From: an uncultured Candidatus Saccharibacteria bacterium
GTDB taxonomy: Bacteria; Patescibacteriota; Doudnabacteria; UBA920
Direction of reading: 5' to 3'
Assembly (NCBI GenBank): GCA_964453405.1
Contig: CAYVOF010000003.1
Coordinates: forward strand, 4,286-68,285
Length of the DNA stretch: 64,000 nt
Shown here: one piece after another, positions 26,920-37,928 of the stretch
Numbering within the stretch: the stretch's first letter is position 1
Layout: every line of letters begins with the position of its first letter
The notes under the pieces: generated by a model
Databases searched by the model: none
The model's input: only the letters and a program-made list of their open reading frames with translations
Told to the model about the DNA's origin: nothing
Position numbers and translations under genes: made by a program

Positions 26920-27258
26920 TTAGCGAACATTTTTGCCGCCAGTTTGAATATAATCATCGATAACACCACAAGCATTATCGAATTCCTCGTGAATATATCC
27001 AAATTTTGCTAAACGTATACTCCACTTGTAAGTGTCGATTTCAACACCTTCTGAGTCTAGTAATACTGACAATAGAGCTAGTTTGTAGATCGTGTCCGCT
27101 AATTGAGGACCAAGCGGATCCTGGTAAGGAGTACATAGCTCTCTATCTCTTTCGAGCCGACGTTTATATTGTTCCCGCTTAGATCTTAGAAAGTCCAAGT
27201 CACTATGTGGCATTAACTTTATGATCGGTGCTTCTTGATTTAAAATAGTTTCTTCCAT
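26920..27258 (-). CDS. hypothetical protein
   Basis: GAGGAG SD, 112 aa. Confidence 0.65.
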   Translation of the reverse strand: MEETILNQEAPIIKLMPHSDLDFLRSKREQYKRRLERDRELCTPYQDPLGPQLADTIYKLALLSVLLDSEGVEIDTYKWSIRLAKFGYIHEEFDNACGVIDDYIQTGGKNVR

Positions 27259-27277
27259 AATAGTTTACTCCTCGGCT

Positions 27278-27604
27278 TTAACTAAAGTTGTTGACAGACA
27301 TCAGGATTAAGCCGTCATGGCCCATCGAGTTGTTTGTAGTAAAAATACTGCCAAGTGTTTCGTCATCTTTTATTAATGACATTGATCTGGGGTCACCTTT
27401 GATCTGGCAATCAATACCTTCGGAGTTTTTTAATTCCTCAGCGATAACCTTATAAATCTCAGTAGTATCGACTGGCTTTTCTGCGACAAATCTAAATCAT
27501 CTCTCATCTCCAGATTTGAGATAATTTTTTTGAAGCTTTATATCCGGGAATTTTGATTCGACGAGCTTGCCAAGCCCTTCTGTTATATCCAATATGTTAT
27601 CCAT
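27278..27604 (-). pseudogene. 108-codon ORF interrupted by one in-frame TGA
   Basis: TTGACG-17-TATACT promoter and AAGGAGG SD; MDNILDITEG...SGDER*FRFVAEK...SVNNFS; TGA at 27499-27497. Confidence 0.65.
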
Positions 27605-27721
27605 AGTTTCCTCCTTAACTAACCACGAAGTATAGCGAAAACCAGCTAAACCGTCAATATGGCCATTTATTGTTAAAATCCTCCGATTTAGGTATACTAA
27701 ACAGGTACTATTTTATACATT

Positions 27722-30481
27722 ATGTCTATATTTAAACGTGTTTTTTCATTTGCTTCTTCGGATCCGCTAACCAAATATAGCGCTGAATTGGCTAAAATTA
27801 ATGGCTTTGCAGAAGAAGTTGCTAAGCTCTCCGATGAAGAACTAAAGCAAGAAATTGCTGATTTTAAAACTGAGCTTACCGAGATTAAAGATACCCAGGC
27901 TGTTATTAAGAAATTAGTTGAAATCCGTCCGCGCGTGTTTGCCTTAACCCGTGAAGGTGCAAAGCGCGCCATTGGTCAATTCCATTACGACGTACAAATT
28001 GTCGGAGGGATCGCTCTGTCCGAAGGTACGATTGCCGAAATGAAAACCGGTGAAGGTAAAACTTTAACTGCTACTTTACCATTGGCGCTTTATGCTTTGG
28101 CTGGACGCGGCGCACACATTGTAACTGTTAACGATTACTTAGCGCGGTGGCAGGCAAGTTTGATGGGAAAAGTTTTCCATCAACTTGGACTATCAACTGC
28201 AAGCATTCAACACGAAGCCTCCTTTTTATACGACACTACTTATCAGCCTGAGCAGGAAGAAATTGATGCGCTCGAAGGTGGTACTCAAGGTTTGGTTTTG
28301 GATGTAAAACATATGCGTCCAATTACTCGTCGCCAAGCATACGAAGCTGATATCACTTATGGTACCAACAATGAATATGGTTTTGATTACCTTCGCGACA
28401 ACATGGTGCAATCGATGGACCAACTTCGTCAGCGTGATTTGTTCTATGCCATTGTGGACGAAGTCGACAGTATTTTAATTGACGAAGCTCGTACACCATT
28501 AATTATTTCGCAGCCTGACACCGAACCAACTGACAAGTACTACCAATTTGCCAAGATGGTGGATCGTCTTCAAGAAGAAGTTGATTATACTGTAGATGAA
28601 AAACACAAAGCTGCCAGTTTAACTGACGATGGTATTAACAACATCGAAAGTATTTTAAAAATTCCTAATATTTATGACACCAGCCAAGGTGTGACTACTT
28701 TACACCATATCGAACAAGCTTTGCGTGCCAAAACTTTGTTTAAAAATGACCGTGATTACGTTATTCGTGACGGTGAGATCATTATTGTAGATGAATTCAC
28801 TGGTCGTTTGATGTTTGGTCGTCGTTATAGTCAGGGTCTTCATCAAGCTATTGAAGCCAAAGAGAACGTAAAGATTCAACAAGAAAGTAAAACTTTAGCA
28901 ACTATCACATTCCAGAATTTATTCCGTTTGTACGACAAATTGTCTGGTATGACTGGTACTGCCAAAACCGAAGAAGAAGAATTCTTTAAGATTTATCAAT
29001 TACATGTTTTGCAAATTCCTACTAACCAGCAAATGGTTCGCGAAGATTTGTCAGACTTGGTGTTTAAAAATGAAGCTGGCAAGTTTGCTGCAATTGCAAA
29101 AGATGTTAAAGAACGCAACAAACGCGGTCAACCGGTATTGATCGGTACTGTAAGTATCGCCAAAAATGAACTCCTCGCTGAACATCTTAAAAAAGAAGGC
29201 GTTCCTTTTGAACTGTTGAACGCTAAAAACCACGAACGTGAAGCGCAGATTGTAGCACAGGCCGGTCGGTTTGGTGCTGTAACTTTGGCTACCAACATTG
29301 CTGGTCGTGGTGTGGATATTCTTTTGGGTGGTAACCCTATTGATAAAGAAGAAGCGGCTAAAGTGCGAGAAGCCGGTGGTTTAGCTGTAATCGGTACCGA
29401 ACGCCATGAATCTCGCCGTATTGATAATCAGTTACGTGGTCGTGCTGGACGTCAGGGTGACCCAGGGTTGAGCCGTTTTTACGTATCCATGGAAGATGAC
29501 CTCATGCGCCTATTTGGTGGTGGTCGTATGCAAGGTTTAATGGAAACTCTCAAGGTACCGGACGATCAACCGATCGAAGCTAAGATGGTGTCCCGTTCAA
29601 TTGAATCTGCACAAAAGAAGATCGAAGGCATTAACTTTGACACTCGTAAGAGCGTGTTGGAATTTGATGACGTCTTAAACCATCAACGTAAAAATATTTA
29701 CACTCGTCGCCGCAACTACTTGGCTGGTTTAGAAAAAGAAGGCAAAGAGGATAATTTGATTCGCCAAGAAGTATTAGAACTTATAAAGAGAGACTTAACC
29801 GAAACTATAACCTTTAATTTAGGTAGTTTAGAACTGGATGAAGCTTTACCAAAAATTTTTGAAGTTGCCAGCGGAATTTTGCCAACTCTAAACGCTAACA
29901 AGCAAGCATTGATTAACGAAGCAATGAGCAATGCCGCTGATCGAGAATTTGTATTGATTGATGAACTAAATAAGCTTGCCGAAGAAGAAATGATTGCTAA
30001 AGCGGCAGAAGTTGGGGACGAACTCTATGATAACGTTCTTCGTTCTTTGATGTTGTCTTCAATAGATCGCTTATGGATGGAGCATTTAGATACAATGGAT
30101 CACTTACGTGACTCGGTACGTTTACGTGGTTATGGTCAACGCGATCCATTAGTTGAATATAAAAAAGAAGGTTACGCATTATTCCAAACTTTACTGGCCG
30201 AAATCGACAAGCAAGTTGTATCCGCAGCTTTGCGTATTGGTGTGCAAGTTCATGAAGAAAATGGACAGACTCATCAGCACATTACTTTGTCAGGCGGCGG
30301 TGCTCCAGAAGCAGGTAGTGCTAATAACAGTGGCGCTGTCCAACAAGCTTCGCTTGAGCCAGAGGACCCACGCGCAGCCGGCATTGGCCGCAATGATCAG
30401 TGTTTTTGTGGAAGCGGTAAGAAGTATAAAAAGTGTGGATTGCTTAATACACAAGAGCATCAACAGAATTTGGCAAAGTAA
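27722..30481 (+). CDS. secA: preprotein translocase ATPase SecA
   Basis: EMKTGEGKT, DEVDSILIDEARTPLIIS, C-terminal SEC-C GRNDQCFCGSGKKYKKC. Confidence 0.99.
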   Translation: MSIFKRVFSFASSDPLTKYSAELAKINGFAEEVAKLSDEELKQEIADFKTELTEIKDTQAVIKKLVEIRPRVFALTREGAKRAIGQFHYDVQIVGGIALSEGTIAEMKTGEGKTLTATLPLALYALAGRGAHIVTVNDYLARWQASLMGKVFHQLGLSTASIQHEASFLYDTTYQPEQEEIDALEGGTQGLVLDVKHMRPITRRQAYEADITYGTNNEYGFDYLRDNMVQSMDQLRQRDLFYAIVDEVDSILIDEARTPLIISQPDTEPTDKYYQFAKMVDRLQEEVDYTVDEKHKAASLTDDGINNIESILKIPNIYDTSQGVTTLHHIEQALRAKTLFKNDRDYVIRDGEIIIVDEFTGRLMFGRRYSQGLHQAIEAKENVKIQQESKTLATITFQNLFRLYDKLSGMTGTAKTEEEEFFKIYQLHVLQIPTNQQMVREDLSDLVFKNEAGKFAAIAKDVKERNKRGQPVLIGTVSIAKNELLAEHLKKEGVPFELLNAKNHEREAQIVAQAGRFGAVTLATNIAGRGVDILLGGNPIDKEEAAKVREAGGLAVIGTERHESRRIDNQLRGRAGRQGDPGLSRFYVSMEDDLMRLFGGGRMQGLMETLKVPDDQPIEAKMVSRSIESAQKKIEGINFDTRKSVLEFDDVLNHQRKNIYTRRRNYLAGLEKEGKEDNLIRQEVLELIKRDLTETITFNLGSLELDEALPKIFEVASGILPTLNANKQALINEAMSNAADREFVLIDELNKLAEEEMIAKAAEVGDELYDNVLRSLMLSSIDRLWMEHLDTMDHLRDSVRLRGYGQRDPLVEYKKEGYALFQTLLAEIDKQVVSAALRIGVQVHEENGQTHQHITLSGGGAPEAGSANNSGAVQQASLEPEDPRAAGIGRNDQCFCGSGKKYKKCGLLNTQEHQQNLAK

Positions 30482-30485
30482 AACA

Positions 30486-30749
30486 ATGAGTACCGTCACG
30501 AAGAAAATTCAAACAAAATACTTCGAACTAATATTAGCTGGTAAAAAGAATTTTGAGCTTCGATTAAATGATTTTGACATTGAAGAAGGGGACACTTTAA
30601 TTCTTGCCGAGCATGATGAAAACCGAAACCTTACTGGGCGCACTATCGAAAAACAGGTTAGTTATGTCGGTAAAGTAATGATTGATGAATTACACTGGCC
30701 GAAGGATGAAGTTTTAGAGAAGGGGTTGCAGATTATTTCCTTGAAATAA
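30486..30749 (+). CDS. ASCH/DUF3850-domain protein
   Basis: YFELILAGKKNFELRLND...GDTLIL.E...TGR; start moved to 30486. Confidence 0.85.
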   Translation: MSTVTKKIQTKYFELILAGKKNFELRLNDFDIEEGDTLILAEHDENRNLTGRTIEKQVSYVGKVMIDELHWPKDEVLEKGLQIISLK

Positions 30750-30794
30750 AAAGAGACCACAATATTTTGTGATCCCTATGTCTTGTAAAGTAAT

Positions 30795-31034
30795 TTACTC
30801 CATATCTACATCTGGAAGTTTTCTTATACCACAGACTTCACAAAACCAACCAGTACATCCTAACTTTTTGATTCCTTGATCCTCATGTTTTGTGAAAGCA
30901 ATAACTCTTCTCATGTACATCTTACAATGTCGATGGAATAATGTAATGCTTCCCAAAACTTCTTTCCATTCACCACGTCGATAAGTATCAGATTTCCAGT
31001 CATTTTGGATTGGTGTAGACTTTAAATAACTCAT
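30795..31034 (-). CDS. small hypothetical (possible Zn-ribbon) protein
   Basis: AGGAGG SD; TTGACA-17-TATACT promoter; HRHC...CEVC. Confidence 0.6.
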   Translation of the reverse strand: MSYLKSTPIQNDWKSDTYRRGEWKEVLGSITLFHRHCKMYMRRVIAFTKHEDQGIKKLGCTGWFCEVCGIRKLPDVDME

Positions 31035-31100
31035 TACTACCTCCTATGATCTCTATTTTGAATTACTACTGACATAAAAGTATACAAATAAACCTCACTA

Positions 31101-31658
31101 ATGTCAATACTAAATAAACAAAATTCATTACAAACCATTACTACAGAAATTTTAGCTTGCCCCATTTGTATAAAAGCAGGAAAAAGCAAACTAGTTCCGG
31201 GTGAAGGCAGTGCTAATGCAAAAATAGTTTTTGTTGGTGAAGCACCAGGTAAAAATGAAGTTATTACCGGACTACCGTTTATTGGCCAAGCTGGAAAACT
31301 ACTAGATTCTTTATTAGCAACAATCAAATTAGATCGAAAAGATATTTTTATTACTAGTGCGGTAAAGTATTTACCCAAAAAATATATCACTCCAAAGCCA
31401 AAGGATATCGAACATGGCCGCATTCATTTGTTTAAGCAGTTGGATGTGATTCAACCTAAAGTAATTGTATTGCTAGGAAATATCGCAGCACAGGCTGTAT
31501 TAGGAGAAAAGTTTTCTATCGCAGAACAGCACGGCACTTTTATAAAAAGTAATAATCTAATTTACTTTTTAAGCTATCATCCCGCCGCGCCATTATACAG
31601 TCCAAAACTTCGCGAAGTAATTACGAAAGATTTCAAAGAGTTAAAAAAATATGTCTAA
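31101..31658 (+). CDS. uracil-DNA glycosylase family 4
   Basis: VPGEG, FVGEAPG, PFIGQAGKLLD, YHPAA. Confidence 0.93.
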   Translation: MSILNKQNSLQTITTEILACPICIKAGKSKLVPGEGSANAKIVFVGEAPGKNEVITGLPFIGQAGKLLDSLLATIKLDRKDIFITSAVKYLPKKYITPKPKDIEHGRIHLFKQLDVIQPKVIVLLGNIAAQAVLGEKFSIAEQHGTFIKSNNLIYFLSYHPAAPLYSPKLREVITKDFKELKKYV

Positions 31659-34236
31659 ACACCGTTTACCAAGTCATGTAAAACCTCTTAAATACCAATT
31701 GCAAATTGTCCCAAATTTGTCTGAGTTTACTTTTACAGGAAGTGAAAAAATTCAATTAAAAATTTCAAAATCAACCACAGAATTAACTTTGCACTCTTTG
31801 GATTTGCAAATTACTTCGGCTTTATGGAAGGCGGGGAAATTAGAGTACAAATCAGTTAAAATTATTTTTGACAAAAAATCCGAAACAGTAAAATTTATTT
31901 TCACCAAACCAATAAGCGGAAATGGTATCTTAGAATTAGAATTCTCCGGTCTAATTATCGACGGACTCCAAGGATTTTATCGCAGCAAGTATGTTCAGAA
32001 TAAACAAGAAAAATATCTAGCAACTACTCAGCTCGAAGTGACTGATGCACGACGATTCTTTCCATGTTTTGACGAACCTGCACACAAAGCTATATTCCAT
32101 GTCTCTGTAGTCGTTCCAAAAAAATTACAAGTTATTTCTAATACAATCGAATCCCAAGTGCTACCACATCATGATCCGCATTTAAAGATTGTCCACTTTG
32201 CCGCAACGCCAAAAATGTCTACGTACTTATTGGCATTAATAATTGGTGAGCTTGAGCATGTTCAAACTAAGTCTAAACGAGGTGTAAAAATTCGCATCCA
32301 TACAACAGTAGGTAAAAAATCTCAAACTAAATTCGCCTTAGACGTAACGAAACGCGCATTAGACTACCTCGAAGACTATATTGGTATCCCATATCCACTA
32401 CCAGTTTTGGATCTTATTGCCATTCCAGATTTTAGTGCTGGTGCAATGGAAAACTGGGGCGCAATCACTTTTCGAGAAACTGCGCTATTAGTAGATGAAC
32501 AACACACCACTTTTATTGGCCGCCAGCGCGTTGCCGAAGTTATTGCACACGAACTGGTTCACCAATGGTTTGGTAACTTAGTTACCATGGAATGGTGGAC
32601 ACATCTCTGGCTTAACGAGAGCTTTGCTACTTATATGGCTTATTTAGTAGTGGACAAATTGTTCCCTGGGTGGAATTTTTGGACCAAGTTTGTACTTCAA
32701 GAACAAAGCATTGCCTTAAGTAAGGATGCATTACATACTTCGCAACCAATAGAGGTCGAAGTCAAACTACCTAGCGAAATTTCGGAAAGCTTTGACCCGG
32801 CAATTGTTTACGCCAAAGGTGCAAGCGTAATTCGCATGCTTGCAGGGTATATTGGCCCAGAAGATTTTCGAACCGGACTCTCTTACTATCTTAAAAAGCA
32901 CTCGTACAAAAATACCGAGTCTGTTCATCTATGGGATGCATTCGAAAAATCTTCTGGTAAACCTGTCCGCAAATTTATGGCAACTTGGACTAAAAAAATT
33001 GGTTATCCAGTTGTAGATGTAGAAATAAAAAATGTGAACAATAAAAGTTATTTACTTACTTCGCAAACAAAATTTAATCAACTTCCTAAAAAAACTAAAT
33101 CAAACCAATTATGGTCGGTGCCGTTGCTTCCAATTTTTAATCCAAAATCAGAACAAAGTTTAAATTACACACTAATCAAACAGTCGCAAAAATTTACGTT
33201 TCCAATACAGCAAGAGTTATTCAAACTTAATTATTTAGAAGAAAGTTTTTTTATCACCAATTACAGCCCATCTTTGCTGTCAAAAATCTTTCTAGAACTT
33301 CGAGAGCAAAATATCTCTAGCATAGAAAGACTAGCCATTGTCAGAAACGCATTTTTACTAGCTAAATCAGGTCATATACCAACGGATGTCTATTTAGAGA
33401 TGCTTTCTTATCTCAACAACGAAACAAGCTATATTGTTTGGTCGCAAGTTGCTAACGATCTGTATCAATTAGGTCAGTTAACTTTTGCTACTAAAGCCAC
33501 CGTCTCATTTGCGAATTTTCAAAAACAAATTTTTAGCAAGTTAATTGAACATAAAGAAATCGGCTTTAAGCCTAGATCATCAGAATCACACAATCATAAA
33601 ACTTTGCGTGCATTGGCCTTTATGGAATCAGGTTTAGCTGGCTATAAACCCAGTATTAAACAAGCAAAACGGTTGTTTATGATTAAAAAATCTGGTAAAA
33701 ATATCGAAGCAGATTTGCGATTGTCAGTGTACTGCATTATTGCTAAATGGGGGAGTCAAGCTGCCTACATTCAACTGCTAAAAATTTATCGAGAAACTTC
33801 ATTAGCTCAAGAAGCTCAACAAGTTTTACTTGCTTTGACTTATTTAGGTAATTCAAACTTACAAACCAAAGCATTAAAATTATTTTTTAGCACCGAAGTA
33901 CGCGATCAGGATCGAACTATGGTTTTAGGGCAAGCATTAAATAACCCTTCTCTAAAAAATCAGGCATGGCAAGCCGTTCAAAGCAACTGGCCTATGCTAG
34001 AGAAAAAATTTGGTGCCAACAAAGGACTGGGTCGGATTATCTCAGGTGCAAGTAGCTTTAATTCGACAAAAGAGCTACAAGCTTTTACTCAATTTGCTAA
34101 AACTCATAATCTATCCACGGCTAAACAATCAACAGCTCAAACCAAAGAAAAAATTCAAATTAAAGTCGCTTGGAAGGCTCGTGATCTAGAATTAATTACA
34201 CGATATTTAAAGCAATATAGCAAGGCTAAAAAATAG
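31651..34236 (+). CDS. pepN: M1 family aminopeptidase
   Basis: GAMENWG, HELVHQWFGNLVT...WLNE, YAKG. Confidence 0.95.
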   Translation: MSKHRLPSHVKPLKYQLQIVPNLSEFTFTGSEKIQLKISKSTTELTLHSLDLQITSALWKAGKLEYKSVKIIFDKKSETVKFIFTKPISGNGILELEFSGLIIDGLQGFYRSKYVQNKQEKYLATTQLEVTDARRFFPCFDEPAHKAIFHVSVVVPKKLQVISNTIESQVLPHHDPHLKIVHFAATPKMSTYLLALIIGELEHVQTKSKRGVKIRIHTTVGKKSQTKFALDVTKRALDYLEDYIGIPYPLPVLDLIAIPDFSAGAMENWGAITFRETALLVDEQHTTFIGRQRVAEVIAHELVHQWFGNLVTMEWWTHLWLNESFATYMAYLVVDKLFPGWNFWTKFVLQEQSIALSKDALHTSQPIEVEVKLPSEISESFDPAIVYAKGASVIRMLAGYIGPEDFRTGLSYYLKKHSYKNTESVHLWDAFEKSSGKPVRKFMATWTKKIGYPVVDVEIKNVNNKSYLLTSQTKFNQLPKKTKSNQLWSVPLLPIFNPKSEQSLNYTLIKQSQKFTFPIQQELFKLNYLEESFFITNYSPSLLSKIFLELREQNISSIERLAIVRNAFLLAKSGHIPTDVYLEMLSYLNNETSYIVWSQVANDLYQLGQLTFATKATVSFANFQKQIFSKLIEHKEIGFKPRSSESHNHKTLRALAFMESGLAGYKPSIKQAKRLFMIKKSGKNIEADLRLSVYCIIAKWGSQAAYIQLLKIYRETSLAQEAQQVLLALTYLGNSNLQTKALKLFFSTEVRDQDRTMVLGQALNNPSLKNQAWQAVQSNWPMLEKKFGANKGLGRIISGASSFNSTKELQAFTQFAKTHNLSTAKQSTAQTKEKIQIKVAWKARDLELITRYLKQYSKAKK

Positions 34237-34309
34237 TCCAAACTTTTTGCATAATTCTTTAAAATTGAATATAATTCCTAGGAGATTATGTAACGATTAA
34301 ACAATACTT

Positions 34310-35797
34310 ATGAAACCATTTATGAAGAGAGTTTTGGTTTTTTTATTTGTAATTTTGCTGGGCGCTGGAGCAGCTTGGATTGCTTACCCTCACGGCAGCA
34401 GAATTAACTTAGAAAAATTAAAGATCAATTACAAAAAAGATTTCTTTGTCCACTTAGGACTCGACCTTAAAGGTGGAGCGCATTTAGTTTATAAAGCTGA
34501 TTTTAAAGATATTGCGGAAGGGGATAAAAAAGACGCTATTACCAGTGTTCGCGACACTATTGAGCGCCGTGTTAACAGTTTTGGCGTGTCCGAACCATTA
34601 GTGCAGGTACAAGGAACTGATCAGATCGTAGTTGAACTTCCAGGGGTTAGCGATGTAAACGAAGCAATTAACCAGATCGGACAAACTCCGTTATTGGAAT
34701 TCCGCACACAAGGCGACCCTAATGCACCACAGAATGCTACTGTCGTGGATGGAAAGGTTACTATTGACCCGCTTTCTAACTGGAATAAGACTGGTTTGTC
34801 AGGTAAACAGCTTAAAAAAGCAACCGCTGATGTGCAACAAGGTCAAAGTGCTGTTAGTTCTAATATTGTTGTGCGTCTTCAATTTGATGACGAAGGAACC
34901 AAACTATTTGCTGATATCACAAAAGCAAACTTAAACAAACAAGTTGCAATTGTTCTTGATGGCCAAATCATTAGTGCGCCAACAGTTCAAAGCGCGATTA
35001 CAGATGGAGAAGCCATTATTTCTGGTAACTTTACTGCTGACGATGCCAAGCAATTAGCAACTCGTCTAAACTCTGGTGCTCTACCAGTGCCAATTAGTTT
35101 GATTTCGCAGCAAAATGTTGGTGCAACACTTGGACAAGAATCAATTCAAAAATCTTTGATTGCTGGTTTAATTGGTTTATTGCTCGTTGTATTGTTTATG
35201 ATTTTCTTCTACCGATACCCAGGCTTGTTGGCAGTATTAGCACTTTTAATTTACACTCTACTATCTATTGCGGTTTTCAAGATTGGAGTATCTATTGCGG
35301 CTATTATTTTGGTGGGTATATTCTTTATGTTAGGCATTTTAGTCAGCAGTTGGTTTGGGGCCTTAGCATTACTCAGCTATATTATTTTGATGCTTATCCC
35401 TAATGGCTTACAACCAGTTACATTAACTTTGGCTGGAATTGCTGGATTCATTCTCTCTATAGGTATGGCTGTAGATGCCAACATCTTGATTTTCGAAAGA
35501 ATGAAAGAAGAAATTCATAATGGTAAAGAACTCACAAAAGCTATCGAAGATGGATTCGACCGTGCGTGGCTATCAATTCGTGATTCGAACGTCTCTAGTT
35601 TAATCACAACATTCATCCTATACATGTTTGGTACTCCGAGTATTAAAGGTTTTGCGATTACCTTATCAATTGGTATTTTAATTTCAATGTTTAGTGCAAT
35701 TACAGCTACTCGAACATTCCTCAGATTATTAATGACTAAGCGAATTTCCAAAATGCCCTGGCTGTTTGGAACAAAGCTTAAAAAATCTAACAGCTAA
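34310..35797 (+). CDS. secD: protein translocase subunit SecD
   Basis: LGLDLKGG, RVNSFGVSEP, IGMAVDANILIFER. Confidence 0.98.
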   Translation: MKPFMKRVLVFLFVILLGAGAAWIAYPHGSRINLEKLKINYKKDFFVHLGLDLKGGAHLVYKADFKDIAEGDKKDAITSVRDTIERRVNSFGVSEPLVQVQGTDQIVVELPGVSDVNEAINQIGQTPLLEFRTQGDPNAPQNATVVDGKVTIDPLSNWNKTGLSGKQLKKATADVQQGQSAVSSNIVVRLQFDDEGTKLFADITKANLNKQVAIVLDGQIISAPTVQSAITDGEAIISGNFTADDAKQLATRLNSGALPVPISLISQQNVGATLGQESIQKSLIAGLIGLLLVVLFMIFFYRYPGLLAVLALLIYTLLSIAVFKIGVSIAAIILVGIFFMLGILVSSWFGALALLSYIILMLIPNGLQPVTLTLAGIAGFILSIGMAVDANILIFERMKEEIHNGKELTKAIEDGFDRAWLSIRDSNVSSLITTFILYMFGTPSIKGFAITLSIGILISMFSAITATRTFLRLLMTKRISKMPWLFGTKLKKSNS

Positions 35798-35800
35798 TAT

Positions 35801-36694
35801 ATGAAATTACTTAATTACTACCGTTACTTTTTTATTGCTTCGTTTGTAATCTTGATCGTAGGTTTAATTTCTTTAGGGGTATTTGGCTTAAAATTAGGAA
35901 TTGATTTTAAAGGTGGTTCTGTTACTGAACTACAATTTAATCAAGAAGTTAACATTGATAAAGTAAAAGAAGCTGTTAGTAAGCAGGGAATTGATAACCC
36001 GCAAGTTCAATCTACGGACAACAACGGAGTTATCATCAGATCTGCAGAACAGAATGAAGAAAAACATAAAGCTCTACTGACTTCATTAAAAACTGACGTA
36101 GGCGATTTTACAGAAAAAAGTTATGAGTCAATCGGACCGATCGTAGGGAAGCAACTTACTCAGCAAGCTCTATATCAATTACTACTAGTATCATTAGGGA
36201 TCATCTTTTACATTGCCTACGCTTTTCGCAAAGTTACCAAGCCGATTTCTAGCTGGCAGTTTGGTGTTGCAGCAGTTTTAGCGCTTGTTCATGACTTGTT
36301 AGTAGTATTGGGAATATTTTCTATCCTTGGACACTTCTGGCACATCGAAGTCGACAGCATGTTCGTAACAGCGATGCTAACCGTACTAGGTTTTTCAGTT
36401 CACGATACCATTATTGTGTTCGATAGAATTAGAGAAAACCTACGAGTTTACGCCGGGCAGAGTATTGAGTTCGTTGTTAATCACAGCATTTCACAAACTT
36501 TAGTTCGTTCTCTCAATACTAGCTTGACCGTACTGCTTGTTTTGCTCGCACTTCTATTATTTGGCGGAGAAACCATTCGATACTTCGTCTTAGCTCTCTT
36601 TATCGGTATCATTGCTGGTACATATTCTTCTATTTTTGTGGCCAGTCCAACACTTGTACTGTGGCAAAATTGGAAACAAAAACGTCGAAAGTAA
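35801..36694 (+). CDS. secF: protein translocase subunit SecF
   Basis: GIDFKGG, GFSVHDTIIVFDRIRE, GTYSSIF. Confidence 0.98.
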   Translation: MKLLNYYRYFFIASFVILIVGLISLGVFGLKLGIDFKGGSVTELQFNQEVNIDKVKEAVSKQGIDNPQVQSTDNNGVIIRSAEQNEEKHKALLTSLKTDVGDFTEKSYESIGPIVGKQLTQQALYQLLLVSLGIIFYIAYAFRKVTKPISSWQFGVAAVLALVHDLLVVLGIFSILGHFWHIEVDSMFVTAMLTVLGFSVHDTIIVFDRIRENLRVYAGQSIEFVVNHSISQTLVRSLNTSLTVLLVLLALLLFGGETIRYFVLALFIGIIAGTYSSIFVASPTLVLWQNWKQKRRK

Positions 36695-36796
36695 AAAAAT
36701 CCCCTTATTTAAGGGGTTTTTTTTGCAAAAATGGTATAATAAATATTTGACCAACTCAAATATATATGTTATAATTTTGTATATTAACATTTTGAT

Positions 36797-37885
36797 ATGG
36801 GAATTTTAGATACAATCATCGACACACATCAGCGAGAATCTTTGCAAGAATTTGAGTTAAACTTGATCATTGCCAAGATCCTTGAACCACTAAAAGAGCG
36901 TGAAAAGCTCATTCTTTCAAAGCGCTATGGTTTAAACAATGAACCATTGCAAACGCTTAAGGTTGTAGGCGAAGAACAAGGTTTAACCCGTGAGCGTGTT
37001 CGTCAAATCGAAAAAGAATTACTCAAAAACCTCAAGCGTGGCGTAAACCAACTAGAAGACTTTATTTCTGCTCGTGATTTATTGTTAACTACAATTTCCG
37101 AACACGGTGGATTGATGTCCGAAGAGGCTCTGATTAATTACTTAGGCTATTCCGAAGAGTCTGATATTCAAGCTCTAAAGTTTTTATTGCGCTTAATTAC
37201 CGAAATCGAAGAACATAGCGAAGATGAGCATATCCGACAATCTTGGTCTAAGCTTGGCTTTGACAAAGACTTTTTGCATGACTTTGTTAAGACCACTAAG
37301 AAACTATTAGACAACCACGGACAACCCTTAGACTCAGATAAATTTATCGAAAAATTTGAACAATCAGAATTTTTTAAGAACAACCAAGATAAACTTAGTC
37401 CTAAAGTTGTACTTAACTACTTACAAGCATCTAGCGGCATCAAAAAGAATCCTTATGGTGAATTTGGGTTAGGCCACTGGAACGAAATTAAACCTAAAGA
37501 TGTTGGTGACAAAGCTTATTTAGTAATGAAGCACCACAAAAAACCAGAACATTATTCAGCTATTACTGATTTAATCAACGAACACAACATTGACGGCCGC
37601 AAAGCTTACAAAGAAACTGTTCATAATAAATTAATTAAAGATAAACGATTTGTATTAGTTGGCCGCGGTATCTACGCTCTTACTGAGTGGGGATACCAAC
37701 CAGGAGTTGTTTCGGACATTATCGCCGAAATCCTAAAAGACTCTGGTCAACCTATGACACGTGATCAAATTGTAGAAAAAGTTTTAGAACGCCGCATGGT
37801 TAAAAAGAACACTGTATTAGTAGGTCTTTCTAACAAGAAACTGTTCAAAAAGGTTGGTAAGAACCTTTACGCATTAGTGGCTTAA
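36797..37885 (+). CDS. sigma70-region-4 HTH plus winged-helix (RpoE/HARE-HTH-like) protein
   Basis: LSKRYGL...GLTRERVRQIE; VHNKLIKDKRFVLVGRGIYALTEWGY. Confidence 0.8.
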   Translation: MGILDTIIDTHQRESLQEFELNLIIAKILEPLKEREKLILSKRYGLNNEPLQTLKVVGEEQGLTRERVRQIEKELLKNLKRGVNQLEDFISARDLLLTTISEHGGLMSEEALINYLGYSEESDIQALKFLLRLITEIEEHSEDEHIRQSWSKLGFDKDFLHDFVKTTKKLLDNHGQPLDSDKFIEKFEQSEFFKNNQDKLSPKVVLNYLQASSGIKKNPYGEFGLGHWNEIKPKDVGDKAYLVMKHHKKPEHYSAITDLINEHNIDGRKAYKETVHNKLIKDKRFVLVGRGIYALTEWGYQPGVVSDIIAEILKDSGQPMTRDQIVEKVLERRMVKKNTVLVGLSNKKLFKKVGKNLYALVA

Positions 37886-37928
37886 AAGCATTTAATCAAA
37901 CGCAGAAACAAACACCATATTAAATAAT

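Noticed and set aside
27497-27499. Genetic code 25 or 4 (TGA recoded)
   Set aside because: Long core genes have no internal TGA, and TGA ends uppS and other genes.
30153-30485. Long N-terminal extension of the ASCH gene
   Set aside because: Overlaps the secA 3' end in another frame; the domain starts at ATG 30486.
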